Below, piece after piece: positions 16,030 to 24,744 of a stretch of DNA of 32,000 nucleotides. Within the stretch, counting starts at the first letter, position 1; each line of letters begins with the position of its first letter. The notes beneath the pieces are model-generated. The model did not search any database, was not told where the DNA came from, and was given only the letters and a program-made list of their open reading frames with translations. The translations under genes and the position numbers were made by a program. Source of the stretch: Candidatus Nanobsidianus stetteri (GTDB taxonomy: Archaea; Nanobdellota; Nanobdellia; Nanobdellales; Nanobdellaceae); the NCBI GenBank assembly GCA_000387965.1, contig APJZ01000001.1, forward strand, positions 126,567-158,566. The letters run 5' to 3'.

Positions 16030-17142
16030 CTATATTATTGATACAATTCCAGTAATTAAATAGACAATTCCAAGAGTTATATAAGCAACAGCTTTTATAA
16101 GGAACTCATTTCGATAAAAATTTGATAAATGCACTTCCAAAATTCCTGTAGACATATCCGGAACCGTAACTTTTACTGGTTTCATATTTATCATTTCCCC
16201 AGTATCTGCAAATCCTCCAATAATAGTGTAATCTTCATTAATTGGAATATATTGTTCTACTAAATATAACATATTTCTACTATCATATTTACATATTTCT
16301 CCTATTCTTGTATGAATTATAGAACTACATAATTCCGTAGAATCTACATATAGTTTTAAATTTCTTATTTTATTATTCTTTATTGTAAATTTATAATTTT
16401 TTATATAATATAGATTTACTTGAGTATTGTTATTTGCAGCATATTTTATATATTGTAAAATTTCATCACTAATTCTTTTAGCATCATTAAAATTTGATAA
16501 TTTTATTTTTCTATCTTGTGAATTATTTGGTATTATTTCAATTATGTTTGTTCTTACTTCAACAATTGGTGCCTTTTCTAAATCAACTGCTAAAAAACCA
16601 GTTCCATCAGTAAATAATGCAGGTATTCCAACATCAAAACCATCTATAAAATCAGATATCCAAGTTGAATTATTATTCCCTCCTGGATGTACATAAAAAG
16701 TGGAAATAGAATAGTATATACAATCCTGCCCACTAATTGGTGATTTCAAAGGTTGATATCCATATGGTATAAATCTTCCTTTAACCTTATTTAAACCATA
16801 AGTTGCAATATGAATTTTAGAAAATGGAGTATTATTTAAAATATTATGTATTATATATCTCTTAAAACCTCTAATGATTAAAAAAAGCGATATTGACATT
16901 AAAATAATGAACACTGGTAACTTAAATGGAACGTTTACGAACTGAAATATAAAAATATAAAAAAACATAAAAAACGCAAAATAAAAACCATCATAATTCT
17001 TTACTTTAATATCTTTTGCATATGAGGGTATATAATTATGATATATTGTCCTAGTACTTGATAAATTTTTAACATGAGGTGTTTGTTGTAAATAATTCAG
17101 ATTATTTCTGAGATTTAAAAAAGCAATATTGTTTTTTTGCAT
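16030..17142 (-). CDS. GIDE-domain-like membrane protein (LemA-associated)
   Basis: 370 aa with two N-terminal TM helices and one C-terminal TM helix. The central block KVKGRF..YGYQPLKSPISGQDCIYYS...GIPALFTDGTGFLAVDLEKAPI matches my memory of the prokaryotic GIDE-domain pattern (l.SP.sg..CvyY ... F.l.D.tG...vd). The start lies 2 nt after the LemA stop. Confidence 0.6.
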   Translation of the reverse strand: MQKNNIAFLNLRNNLNYLQQTPHVKNLSSTRTIYHNYIPSYAKDIKVKNYDGFYFAFFMFFYIFIFQFVNVPFKLPVFIILMSISLFLIIRGFKRYIIHNILNNTPFSKIHIATYGLNKVKGRFIPYGYQPLKSPISGQDCIYYSISTFYVHPGGNNNSTWISDFIDGFDVGIPALFTDGTGFLAVDLEKAPIVEVRTNIIEIIPNNSQDRKIKLSNFNDAKRISDEILQYIKYAANNNTQVNLYYIKNYKFTIKNNKIRNLKLYVDSTELCSSIIHTRIGEICKYDSRNMLYLVEQYIPINEDYTIIGGFADTGEMINMKPVKVTVPDMSTGILEVHLSNFYRNEFLIKAVAYITLGIVYLITGIVSII

Positions 17143-17144
17143 AT

Positions 17145-17711
17145 TTAAAATTGTAACCTTGTGGATACATCTTGTTTTTCTTCCTCTGGTACTTTATATA
17201 GAGGCATTGGTCTTATACCTGCTATACTAGCAACAATATTATATGGTATTTGTTGAATTCTTGTATTTAATAAAGTTACTGCTTCATTATAAAATTCTCT
17301 TGCATCTGCCAATTGTGATTCTAATTCCATAATTGCTTGTTGTAATTGTATTACATTTTGATTTGATCTTAATTGTGGATAATTTTCCATTACTGCAAAT
17401 AGATATCTAAAAGCCCCTGTAATTTGGTTTGATAAATTTATTTTTGATTGTATATCATTTGATGGTAAATTCATATATTGGGTTCTCATTTGTGTTAATC
17501 TTTCAAGAACTGTTCTTTCATATGTTAAATAACTACTTACTGTTTCTACTAATTTTGCCAATGCATCATGTCTTTTTTGCAATATTACATCTATATCAGA
17601 CCAAGCCTTTTCTGCATTTTTCTTTAATGCTATTAGAGAATTATACATTGCTATAAAAAATCCTACTATTAATATTAAAATTACTACTAGAATAATAAGC
17701 AAAACTTCCAT
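17145..17711 (-). CDS. lemA: LemA family protein
   Basis: 188 aa. N-terminal TM helix, then YNSLIALKKNAEKAWSDIDVILQKRHDALAKLVETV...ERTVLERLTQMR and NYPQLRSNQNVIQLQ..L...E..L..AR..YN. This is the typical LemA signature. Confidence 0.85.
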   Translation of the reverse strand: MEVLLIILVVILILIVGFFIAMYNSLIALKKNAEKAWSDIDVILQKRHDALAKLVETVSSYLTYERTVLERLTQMRTQYMNLPSNDIQSKINLSNQITGAFRYLFAVMENYPQLRSNQNVIQLQQAIMELESQLADAREFYNEAVTLLNTRIQQIPYNIVASIAGIRPMPLYKVPEEEKQDVSTRLQF

Positions 17712-17867
17712 AAAGAGAATAAAAATTTTGATATTTTTAAAATTTGTTAACGTTATGATATAAATATTATAAGGAATAGTAAAACTTTGTTATAATTAAA
17801 GGATATTATGTTTCAATGAAATCAATGATCTATATTCATATAAAAATTTCCAAAAATATAAAAAACT

Positions 17868-18299
17868 TTAATGTACTGCTTGAAGACTAGAAAATATACC
17901 GCCAAAGACAAGAAAACCAAGAGCAGTCAATATTAGACCTAAGATTACCATGATACCAAAATATATTACACCAGCTATAATTAGCATAATAAAAGTTTTT
18001 ATCCAATCGATATCAAACAAATACTTATAGATCGCTAGAGTTATTACAAAACTTATGATAAGACCTATGATTAGCACTGCAAAATTAAATGTAGATAAGA
18101 AGTATGATACTGTTACAATATTTATTATAAAAGATATTATATCTGCAATCAAGGTAACAAATAAAGTTCTTAAAAAGGGTACCTGTACACCAATAATCCT
18201 AGCAGCTATATAAACAGATAATGAAGATATAATCCATATAACTATAAAAGCTACTATAATTCCAACAATTCCCAATGTTAAGAGCCCAAAACCGGCCAT
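17868..18299 (-). CDS. Polytopic membrane protein, paralog of 15504..15920
   Basis: 143 aa with 4-5 TM helices. The shared blocks are listed under 15504..15920. Confidence 0.75.
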   Translation of the reverse strand: MAGFGLLTLGIVGIIVAFIVIWIISSLSVYIAARIIGVQVPFLRTLFVTLIADIISFIINIVTVSYFLSTFNFAVLIIGLIISFVITLAIYKYLFDIDWIKTFIMLIIAGVIYFGIMVILGLILTALGFLVFGGIFSSLQAVH

Positions 18300-18563
18300 T
18301 ATAATAGTATAAAATTAAAATTTATAAAAATATTATTTAGAGAAATTTATATCATAATTTTATCATTATTATACTCTAAGCAGAATTTTAAAAATTATTA
18401 AAAAATAAAAATATTTAAAATGTTTCAACCTATATTTTGAAGTTCATTGCTAATTAGTCAATTAATTGTAAACATATTTACAAATATTTTTCTCTTTAAT
18501 TATCATCTAAATTAAAAAATGAATTTCAAATATTTTTATTTATTAAAGATCATAAATTAAAAA

Positions 18564-19547
18564 ATGGAAAAGATATATAATGAAGATCTAAAATTAATAT
18601 CAAGAGAATATGATGTAAGAACTTTGTTTAATAATGAATTTGAGAGATTTATAATTGAAGAAAGAATTGATCCAATAACCAATTTTAAGGTAAGAATAAA
18701 CAAATCTATAAAAAGTAAACCAAGAAGTTATGGAAGAATATATTCAAAAAAATCAAAATGTCCTTTTTGTAATCCTGAAAAAGAGACTCCAGATTTTGAA
18801 TTTTCTAAAAAAATATTCATTGGAGACTCAGTCCTCTTTTCAAATAAATATCCATACGGAAAATATCATGCAGTATTAGTTCCAAATTATAAAAAACATG
18901 TAAAGAGCTTTTCTCAAATAAGTTATTTGGATCTTTATAATTCATTCATGCTAATAAAAGAATTCTATGAAAAAATACCTGAAAAGGATTACAAATATAT
19001 ATTTATTAACCTAAATAAGGGATTTTCTGCAGGTGCATCACAAGAACATCTACATTTCCAAATATTGATTGAAAAAGAGCCAACAAATTATTTTAGAATT
19101 TATCTAGATAAATCTAACAAATATTTTGATAAATATAAAAAATTCTTTATAGAGGATTATTTCAATTTTGAAAAACAATTAAATGAGAGAATTATATTAG
19201 ATGGAATAATTAAATTATGGTCTTCCTTTGCTCCATTTAGAAATAATGAATTAATTGGATATATTGATACATTTGGTATATTTTTCCTATCACAGAATAA
19301 ATTTGAAGAATTTATAAAAACGCTATATAAAATTTTAATCACATATGAAAAATTGTATGAGAACTTTAATTTAGTTATATTTGATACAACACTATTAAGA
19401 GAATCGAGATCTTATCCAATTATTAAAATATCACAAAGACCTTTATTTGATATTGGTTATATGGAAATTTGTCATTTAGAATATGTTGTTTCATCAATAC
19501 CTGAAGAAACTGCAAAAGAGTTTAAGGAAAATTTAGAGAGAATTTAA
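18564..19547 (+). CDS. GalT-like nucleotidyltransferase (HIT superfamily, galactose-1-phosphate uridylyltransferase branch)
   Basis: N-terminal Zn-type CPFCNPEKE. Active-site-like GASQEHLHFQIL (H-x-H-x-Q, as in GalT HPHGQ). Two-lobe length of about 330 aa. Substrate is unknown. Confidence 0.65.
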   Translation: MEKIYNEDLKLISREYDVRTLFNNEFERFIIEERIDPITNFKVRINKSIKSKPRSYGRIYSKKSKCPFCNPEKETPDFEFSKKIFIGDSVLFSNKYPYGKYHAVLVPNYKKHVKSFSQISYLDLYNSFMLIKEFYEKIPEKDYKYIFINLNKGFSAGASQEHLHFQILIEKEPTNYFRIYLDKSNKYFDKYKKFFIEDYFNFEKQLNERIILDGIIKLWSSFAPFRNNELIGYIDTFGIFFLSQNKFEEFIKTLYKILITYEKLYENFNLVIFDTTLLRESRSYPIIKISQRPLFDIGYMEICHLEYVVSSIPEETAKEFKENLERI

Positions 19548-20171
19548 TGAAAATTCTGATAATTCATAAACTGTATAACTAAATTCATAATAATCTGGTT
19601 TAGATAGCTCAGTTATATTCTCATTTTTATCTTTTTCCTTCTCTCTCAAAGTCATAAATTTAAAAGCTGGTTGATACACAAATCCATATTTGTTAGAAAT
19701 AGATTGTCCAAAGATAATACTTTCATCAATTTCTTCAATTATTTTATTATAATCATCTATTTTTCTTTTGAAATATATTAATATTTTCGCATACTTTCTT
19801 GAGGGATCTAGATATGAGTTTACAACTCTTTTATATATATCAATAGCCCGAGTTTCTATGTTTATTGTTATATCTGCAACTTTCTCTATATTTTTATTTA
19901 ACTCTCTTATATAATTGCCAAAAATAGTACTGTAAGTATTAGTGTTATAATCATATTCTCTGTGATATATATATCTAACATCAAATCCTCTTCTTATTTC
20001 CGATAGTTTAGCGCCAACACTTTCTGCATTATGTCCCTTACCTTTTAAATCCATTATTATCCATATATATTCTCCCCAATCACCTAAAGTAAATGAATAT
20101 TTAGCTGTTTCACTAACCAGTTCTATAAGCATCTCATCCAATGTTTGGGATTGAATTTTTTCATCTCTCAT
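19533..20171 (-). CDS. Hypothetical protein (212 aa)
   Basis: Long stop-free ORF with no motif I recognise. The 3' end overlaps the convergent GalT-like gene by 15 nt. Confidence 0.55.
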   Translation of the reverse strand: MRDEKIQSQTLDEMLIELVSETAKYSFTLGDWGEYIWIIMDLKGKGHNAESVGAKLSEIRRGFDVRYIYHREYDYNTNTYSTIFGNYIRELNKNIEKVADITINIETRAIDIYKRVVNSYLDPSRKYAKILIYFKRKIDDYNKIIEEIDESIIFGQSISNKYGFVYQPAFKFMTLREKEKDKNENITELSKPDYYEFSYTVYELSEFSLNSL

Positions 20172-20251
20172 AAAGGATAACTATTATAAAAATATCTATA
20201 AATTTTTATAATATCTGAAAATTCATAATTACATAAAAACTCTTTTTTATT

Positions 20252-20683
20252 ATGTCAATATTATTTTATAAAGCATACAGGATTTTTATATTAGATGATA
20301 ATAATTTATTAGATTATGAAAGAGTTAAAAATAATATAAAATTTTGGGAAAAATGGATAAAGGATCTTAAGAAAGAATTAAATAATCAACATAAAATAGT
20401 TCTTGATAGATTAGAATCCCTTAAAGAACTTAGAGGGAAAATAGAAAGATTAAGGGGAGAAATAAAAATTGGAAATTTATTAATTCCATTATTTTCTGAT
20501 AGAGTAAATATAGATATAAGGATTATATTTTCTATATTTAATAATACAAATATAATTATTGTTTGGGGAATAGATCATCACGAAAAAGCTTATGGAAAAA
20601 TAATAAAACATGCTGAAGGTTTTATAAAAAAACATCAAAAATTAATATTAGAACTTTTGGGAATAAAAACAATATATAGATAA
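20252..20683 (+). CDS. Hypothetical protein with a RelE/ParE-like C-terminal pattern
   Basis: 143 aa. C-terminal DIRIIFSIFNNTNIIIVWGIDHHEKAYGK resembles the R-I-I-(Y/F)...I-x-V-x-x-I-x-H-R-x-x-x-Y strand-turn of RelE/ParE-fold toxins. The N-terminal 60 aa are coiled-coil-like. The family call is weak. Confidence 0.5.
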   Translation: MSILFYKAYRIFILDDNNLLDYERVKNNIKFWEKWIKDLKKELNNQHKIVLDRLESLKELRGKIERLRGEIKIGNLLIPLFSDRVNIDIRIIFSIFNNTNIIIVWGIDHHEKAYGKIIKHAEGFIKKHQKLILELLGIKTIYR

Positions 20684-20687
20684 AAAA

Positions 20688-22040
20688 CTATGGATATAGC
20701 CAGCTTCCCCTTAATCTTGGGAATGGTTGTGTATCTCTAATATGATCCAATTTACATATCCATCTTAAGAATCTTTCAATACCCAATCCCATTCCAGAAT
20801 GTGGAACAGAACCATATCTTCTTAAATCTTCATACCATTCATATGCACTTATTTCCTCATTTCCAACCTTAACCTTAAATTTATCTAATCCCCATTCTTC
20901 AATTTTCTTATGTAATATATCATATCTCCATTCCCTCTCAGATCCTCCAATTATTTCCCCATATCCCTCTGGAGCAAGTAAATCGAAGTTCTTTACAGTT
21001 CCATCTCCAACTTCATACATATAGAATGCTTTTACTTCTCTTGGATAATGTGTAACAAATACTGGTACATCAAATTGTTCTGTTAATAATCTTTCTTCAT
21101 CAGATCCAAAATCATCTCCATATTTTATATTTACTCCTAGATCTTGTAATTTCTTTATCGCATCTTTATATGTAATAACTTTCCATGGTTTTTCAACAAA
21201 TTGTTTTAATTCGCTTATATCTCTTCCTGTAATACTTTTTAATTCTTCAAATTCGGATTTTCTTTCTTCAATTGTTTTTTCAATCGAATATTTTAATGAT
21301 TCCTCCATAACTTTAATAATATCCTCCACATGATACCATGCAGCTTCAATTTCAAAATGCCAATATTCATGTAAGTGTCTTTTAGTTCTAGATAATTCTG
21401 CTCTAAATGATGGTGTTAATGAATAGACTTTTTCTAATGCAAATATTAAAGCTTCTAAATATAATTGAGCAGATTGAGATAAATATGCCTTATCTTCAAA
21501 ATATTTTACTTCAAATAATTCTGTAGTGTTTTCTGCAGCGTTTCCGACTAATATTGCTGGTGTTACTTCATACCATCCATCCTTTATAAACCAATCTCTA
21601 AGATGTACAATTAGACTATGCTTTATTTTCAATACATCTGTAAACCACCTAGTTCTTATCCATAGATGTCTATACTTTTGTATTGTATCTACATCTTCAT
21701 CCCCTTTTAATGGGAATGGTTTTCCATAATCATATACTTTTATTTCCTTTACTTCTATTTCATATCCACCAGGTGCTCTCTCATCTTTTCTTAATATTCC
21801 CTTTACTTCTAAAGAACCTTCAATTTGGAATTTTGTTGCATCTTCCCATGTTTTTTGATCAACACTCTCTTTTTTTACAACTGCTTGTATTATTCCTGAA
21901 GAATCTCTTATTACAAAGAAAACTTTATCCTTCATATCCCTCATTCTATAAACCCATCCTTTTATACTAACCTCCTTACCTAAAAAATCTTCCTTCAAAA
22001 TATCTTTTATAAACAAAGTTTTCATCATAAATTCACTCAT
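20688..22040 (-). CDS. asnS: Asparaginyl-tRNA synthetase (class IIb; AspRS not fully excluded)
   Basis: 450 aa. N-terminal OB fold (VSIKGWVYRMRDMKDKVFFVIRDSSGIIQAVV). Motif 2 region FRAELSRTKRHLHEYWHFEIEAAW, where the (F/Y)W..E.E pattern favours AsnRS over AspRS. Motif 3 GMGLGIERFLRWI, then IRDTQPFPR. Confidence 0.8.
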   Translation of the reverse strand: MSEFMMKTLFIKDILKEDFLGKEVSIKGWVYRMRDMKDKVFFVIRDSSGIIQAVVKKESVDQKTWEDATKFQIEGSLEVKGILRKDERAPGGYEIEVKEIKVYDYGKPFPLKGDEDVDTIQKYRHLWIRTRWFTDVLKIKHSLIVHLRDWFIKDGWYEVTPAILVGNAAENTTELFEVKYFEDKAYLSQSAQLYLEALIFALEKVYSLTPSFRAELSRTKRHLHEYWHFEIEAAWYHVEDIIKVMEESLKYSIEKTIEERKSEFEELKSITGRDISELKQFVEKPWKVITYKDAIKKLQDLGVNIKYGDDFGSDEERLLTEQFDVPVFVTHYPREVKAFYMYEVGDGTVKNFDLLAPEGYGEIIGGSEREWRYDILHKKIEEWGLDKFKVKVGNEEISAYEWYEDLRRYGSVPHSGMGLGIERFLRWICKLDHIRDTQPFPRLRGSWLYP

Positions 22041-22094
22041 TCCGACCTTCCATAAATAGTAGGTATTTAAAAATATGTTTATAAATTTTAAAGA

Positions 22095-22364
22095 ATGAAG
22101 GCTGTAAAGATAATTATATATGGAAAAGTCCAGGGTGTTGGATTTAGGAATTTTGTATTTTTACATGCTAAAAAATTAAATATTAGAGGATATGTAAAAA
22201 ACAATCCTGATGGTACTGTTGAAGCTGTTTTTGAAGGAGATGAGGATAATATAAATAGGATGATTGAATTATGTAAAAAGGGACCTGAAAGAGCTAGAGT
22301 TGATAAAATTGATATAAAAGATATAGAAATTAATAATTATCAAGATTTTAAAATAATAAGATAA
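22095..22364 (+). CDS. acyP: Acylphosphatase
   Basis: 89 aa. Signature YGKVQGVGFR.F, then RGYVKN..DG.VE.V.EG plus GP..A.V. Confidence 0.9.
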   Translation: MKAVKIIIYGKVQGVGFRNFVFLHAKKLNIRGYVKNNPDGTVEAVFEGDEDNINRMIELCKKGPERARVDKIDIKDIEINNYQDFKIIR

Positions 22365-22396
22365 ACCTTATATAATATCAAGATTTTTATATAATT

Positions 22397-22786
22397 ATGG
22401 AAAAGAAAGAAGATGAAAATATTTCACCGGAGGAGGAGGAAATATATGAAAAAATTGTTGAAAATTTAAAAGAAACTTATCAATTAAAGGAAAACGATAA
22501 TAAAGATATAGAGAACTTTAATAAAGAATATGCAAGTATGTTTGAATATGAAAATAAATTATATAATTATTTAGATCAACTTGCTGGAAATATTGGTAAA
22601 TATAACAAAAAATATTATAAAAAATTAAATAAAGAATTGGATAAATATAAAAAAGCATATGAAAAAAGTTTAAAAAATACATTGTCTATATTTAAAAAAA
22701 TAATTAACAAAAGAATGAAAATAAAAAAACATATAGAAAAAACCATAAAATTAATGAAGGAATTAGAAAAATATAAGGGACCGTAG
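22397..22786 (+). CDS. Lys/Glu/Asn-rich coiled-coil protein (129 aa)
   Basis: Stop-free 129 codons in a stop-rich background. Low-complexity K/E/N/Y composition. The last 10 nt, including the TAG stop, lie inside the tRNA gene. Confidence 0.5.
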   Translation: MEKKEDENISPEEEEIYEKIVENLKETYQLKENDNKDIENFNKEYASMFEYENKLYNYLDQLAGNIGKYNKKYYKKLNKELDKYKKAYEKSLKNTLSIFKKIINKRMKIKKHIEKTIKLMKELEKYKGP

Positions 22787-22849
22787 TCTAGTGGCTATGA
22801 TGCCGCCCTGACTAGGCGGAGGTCCGGGGTTCAAATCCCCGCGGTCCCA
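22777..22849 (+). tRNA. tRNA-Val (anticodon GAC), no intron, no encoded CCA
   Basis: Manual cloverleaf: acceptor GGGACCG/CGGTCCC; D arm GTCT-AGTGGCTA-TGAT; anticodon stem CCGCC/GGCGG with loop CTGACTA; variable AGGTC; T arm CGGGG-TTCAAAT-CCCCG; discriminator A. Position 37 is U, which is unusual. Confidence 0.85.
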
Positions 22850-23062
22850 TTTATAATTCTTATATATAAAATAGCAATATATAAATAATTTATCAGAGTA
22901 TATAAATACCAAAAATTTACAAAAAGTGGAAAAAGTTTTGACGGAAAGATAAATCTTTTATAATATTTAATTAAAGAATCTCTATCCATTTTATTTCTTT
23001 ATCTTTATAAGTTTATATTATTCAAATGTTCTTTTAAACTTTATTTATAATTAGTAATTATT

Positions 23063-23815
23063 ATGAGAACTTCAAAAATGGATGAATTATTGGCAAGAAT
23101 TCATGTAAAAAGTTATGAATCAAATCAACCAATATTACAAACAGTTATAGAAAATGATTCTATTTTATCTCTTTTAATGAAAATATCTAAGGGACAATTA
23201 TCTAAAAACGATATAGATTTATATTATAGTACCATTTTATATCTTATTAGACAAAATTTTATAATAAAAGAAAATAATGGATATTATCTAAAAGATAATA
23301 GTAAGGCAATAATTGAAAAAATCAAATATGAATTAGAATTATTAAAAAATATCAATAATGAAAATCTAGATGGTATAGATACATATAGTTTATTAGAATT
23401 TGCTTGTGAAAATATAGTAGAAATTAATAGATCAAAGAAAATAAAATATCCTTTCTCTTATATAATATTTCGACACTACAACCAACAAGATCCTTTTACA
23501 TCATATTTTATAGGAAGAAATGGAATAATATTGATATCTTTATACTCTTTATCATGTAAAAATAGAGAGTGTTATAATTGGTGGTATCCACCAAAACAAA
23601 TAAAGAAATTTTTATTTAATGATATACCCAAATGCTATGATATTCTTAGAAACAAATTAGATATTACTCCCTTAGTAAAATTTGGGCTTGTATATCAAAG
23701 GGTAGGAGGAAATGATAGATCAAGATATAAATTATCCGAAGAGGGTTATAATGTCACAAAATTTATATTAAAAAATCTTGAATCAGCAATTGTATACCAA
23801 CAAAAATTTCAGTAA
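23063..23815 (+). CDS. Hypothetical protein, possible winged-helix DNA-binding protein
   Basis: 250 aa. The N-terminal (ILSLLMKISKGQLSKNDI...LIRQNFIIKENNGYYL) and C-terminal (RSRYKLSEEGYNVTKFIL) segments resemble wHTH wings (..g.Y.LT.kG). The call is weak. Confidence 0.5.
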   Translation: MRTSKMDELLARIHVKSYESNQPILQTVIENDSILSLLMKISKGQLSKNDIDLYYSTILYLIRQNFIIKENNGYYLKDNSKAIIEKIKYELELLKNINNENLDGIDTYSLLEFACENIVEINRSKKIKYPFSYIIFRHYNQQDPFTSYFIGRNGIILISLYSLSCKNRECYNWWYPPKQIKKFLFNDIPKCYDILRNKLDITPLVKFGLVYQRVGGNDRSRYKLSEEGYNVTKFILKNLESAIVYQQKFQ

Positions 23816-24078
23816 ATAATTTATTATTAAAATATCTAAGCTAACTTATTATGACAAAATTAATCATATTAGTTTTAAAAAGTTAGAATTATTATCCAAC
23901 ACCAAATGGAATTAAAGAATTAATAAAAATAAAATATACATATTCAAAGGTACTTGAAAAACATAGATTAATTGAAAGAATTTTATATTCAAGTTAAAAT
24001 TTATTAACAAAATATGAAGAGATTGTTTCTAGACATTTATCATTACAAACTTATATAGCACATTATTTAATTTAAATT

Positions 24079-24554
24079 ATGGGAAAAAATTTATTGGATG
24101 AAAAATATTTAGAAAATTATTTGAATAAACTAGGTATAAAATTCCAAATTATTAAATATGAAAAACCTGTTATTTCTACAAAAAATGCTGAACAACAGAT
24201 TAATGGAATTATTGCAAAGAGTATTTTATTAATTTGCGATAATAAACCTTTATTATGTTTTTTATTGGGAAAAGATTTAATTGATTTAAATAAAATAAAG
24301 AAATATTTTAATTGTAATGAAGTAAGATTAGCTAAGGCAAAAGAAGTAAAGGAAATTACTGGATATGATATAGTTCTGTACCACCTATAGGTTTAAAACA
24401 AAAGATAAGAACAATTGTTGATAAAAGTATAATTGATCTAAATGATGATCAAATAATATATTGTGGAGGCGGATCACATTATCATCTATTAAGAATTTCA
24501 AAAAAAGATTTACTTAAAGTTATGGAATATGAAGTATATGATATTAAGGTCTAA
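24079..24554 (+). pseudogene. YbaK/ProX-like aminoacyl-tRNA trans-editing deacylase, interrupted by a 1-nt frameshift
   Basis: Frame 1 gives 103 aa ending ...EITGYDIVLYHL* (stop at 24388..24390). From 24375, frame 3 reads SVPPIGLKQKIRTIVDKSIIDLNDDQIIYCGGGSHYHLLRISKKDLLKVMEYEVYDIKV* (stop at 24552..24554). Joined they give the YbaK signature TGY..GSV.P.G ... GGG at the normal length of about 158 aa. One base is missing near 24373/24374. Confidence 0.75.
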
Positions 24555-24744
24555 TTTTCTTAAAAACAGCCTTTAATGGTAAAACACCCTTTTCATATTC
24601 TATTTCTGCAATTTTTACTGGATTATATCTTATTCTTTCCAGATCTTCTTTAGATAATTTTACCATCATAGGAGCTCCCATTGCAATTTGTATTGCCCTC
24701 GCACCAATTAATCTGGCTAAAGCAAACTTAGAAATATCATTCAT
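24544..24744 (-). CDS. rpoK: DNA-directed RNA polymerase subunit K (Rpo6/omega homolog)
   Basis: 66 aa. The FALARLIGARAIQIAMGAP core and E.EKG.LP are typical of archaeal RpoK. The start overlaps the rrp42 stop by 4 nt (ATGA). Confidence 0.85.
   Translation of the reverse strand: MNDISKFALARLIGARAIQIAMGAPMMVKLSKEDLERIRYNPVKIAEIEYEKGVLPLKAVFKKIRP

Noticed and set aside
16427-17656. Track ORFs 16427..16696(+) and 17429..17656(+), antisense to the GIDE-like and LemA genes.
   Set aside because: Shadow ORFs with low-complexity hydrophobic translations.
19157-21970. Track ORFs 19157..19342(-), 21526..21729(+) and 21683..21970(+).
   Set aside because: They are antisense to the GalT-like gene and asnS, both of which have strong motif support.
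20688-22040. Calling this class IIb synthetase AspRS instead of AsnRS.
   Set aside because: The motif-2 flank HEYWHFEIEAAW follows the AsnRS pattern (F/Y-W-x-x-E-x-E) rather than the AspRS pattern (x-x-x-x-D-x-E). The presence of an AsnRS-derived AsnA-like paralog nearby also fits. A phylogeny is needed to be certain.
22777-23062. tRNA-Val as an integration site (attB) for a mobile element.
   Set aside because: I found no second copy of the tRNA 3' half anywhere in the window, and no integrase gene downstream.
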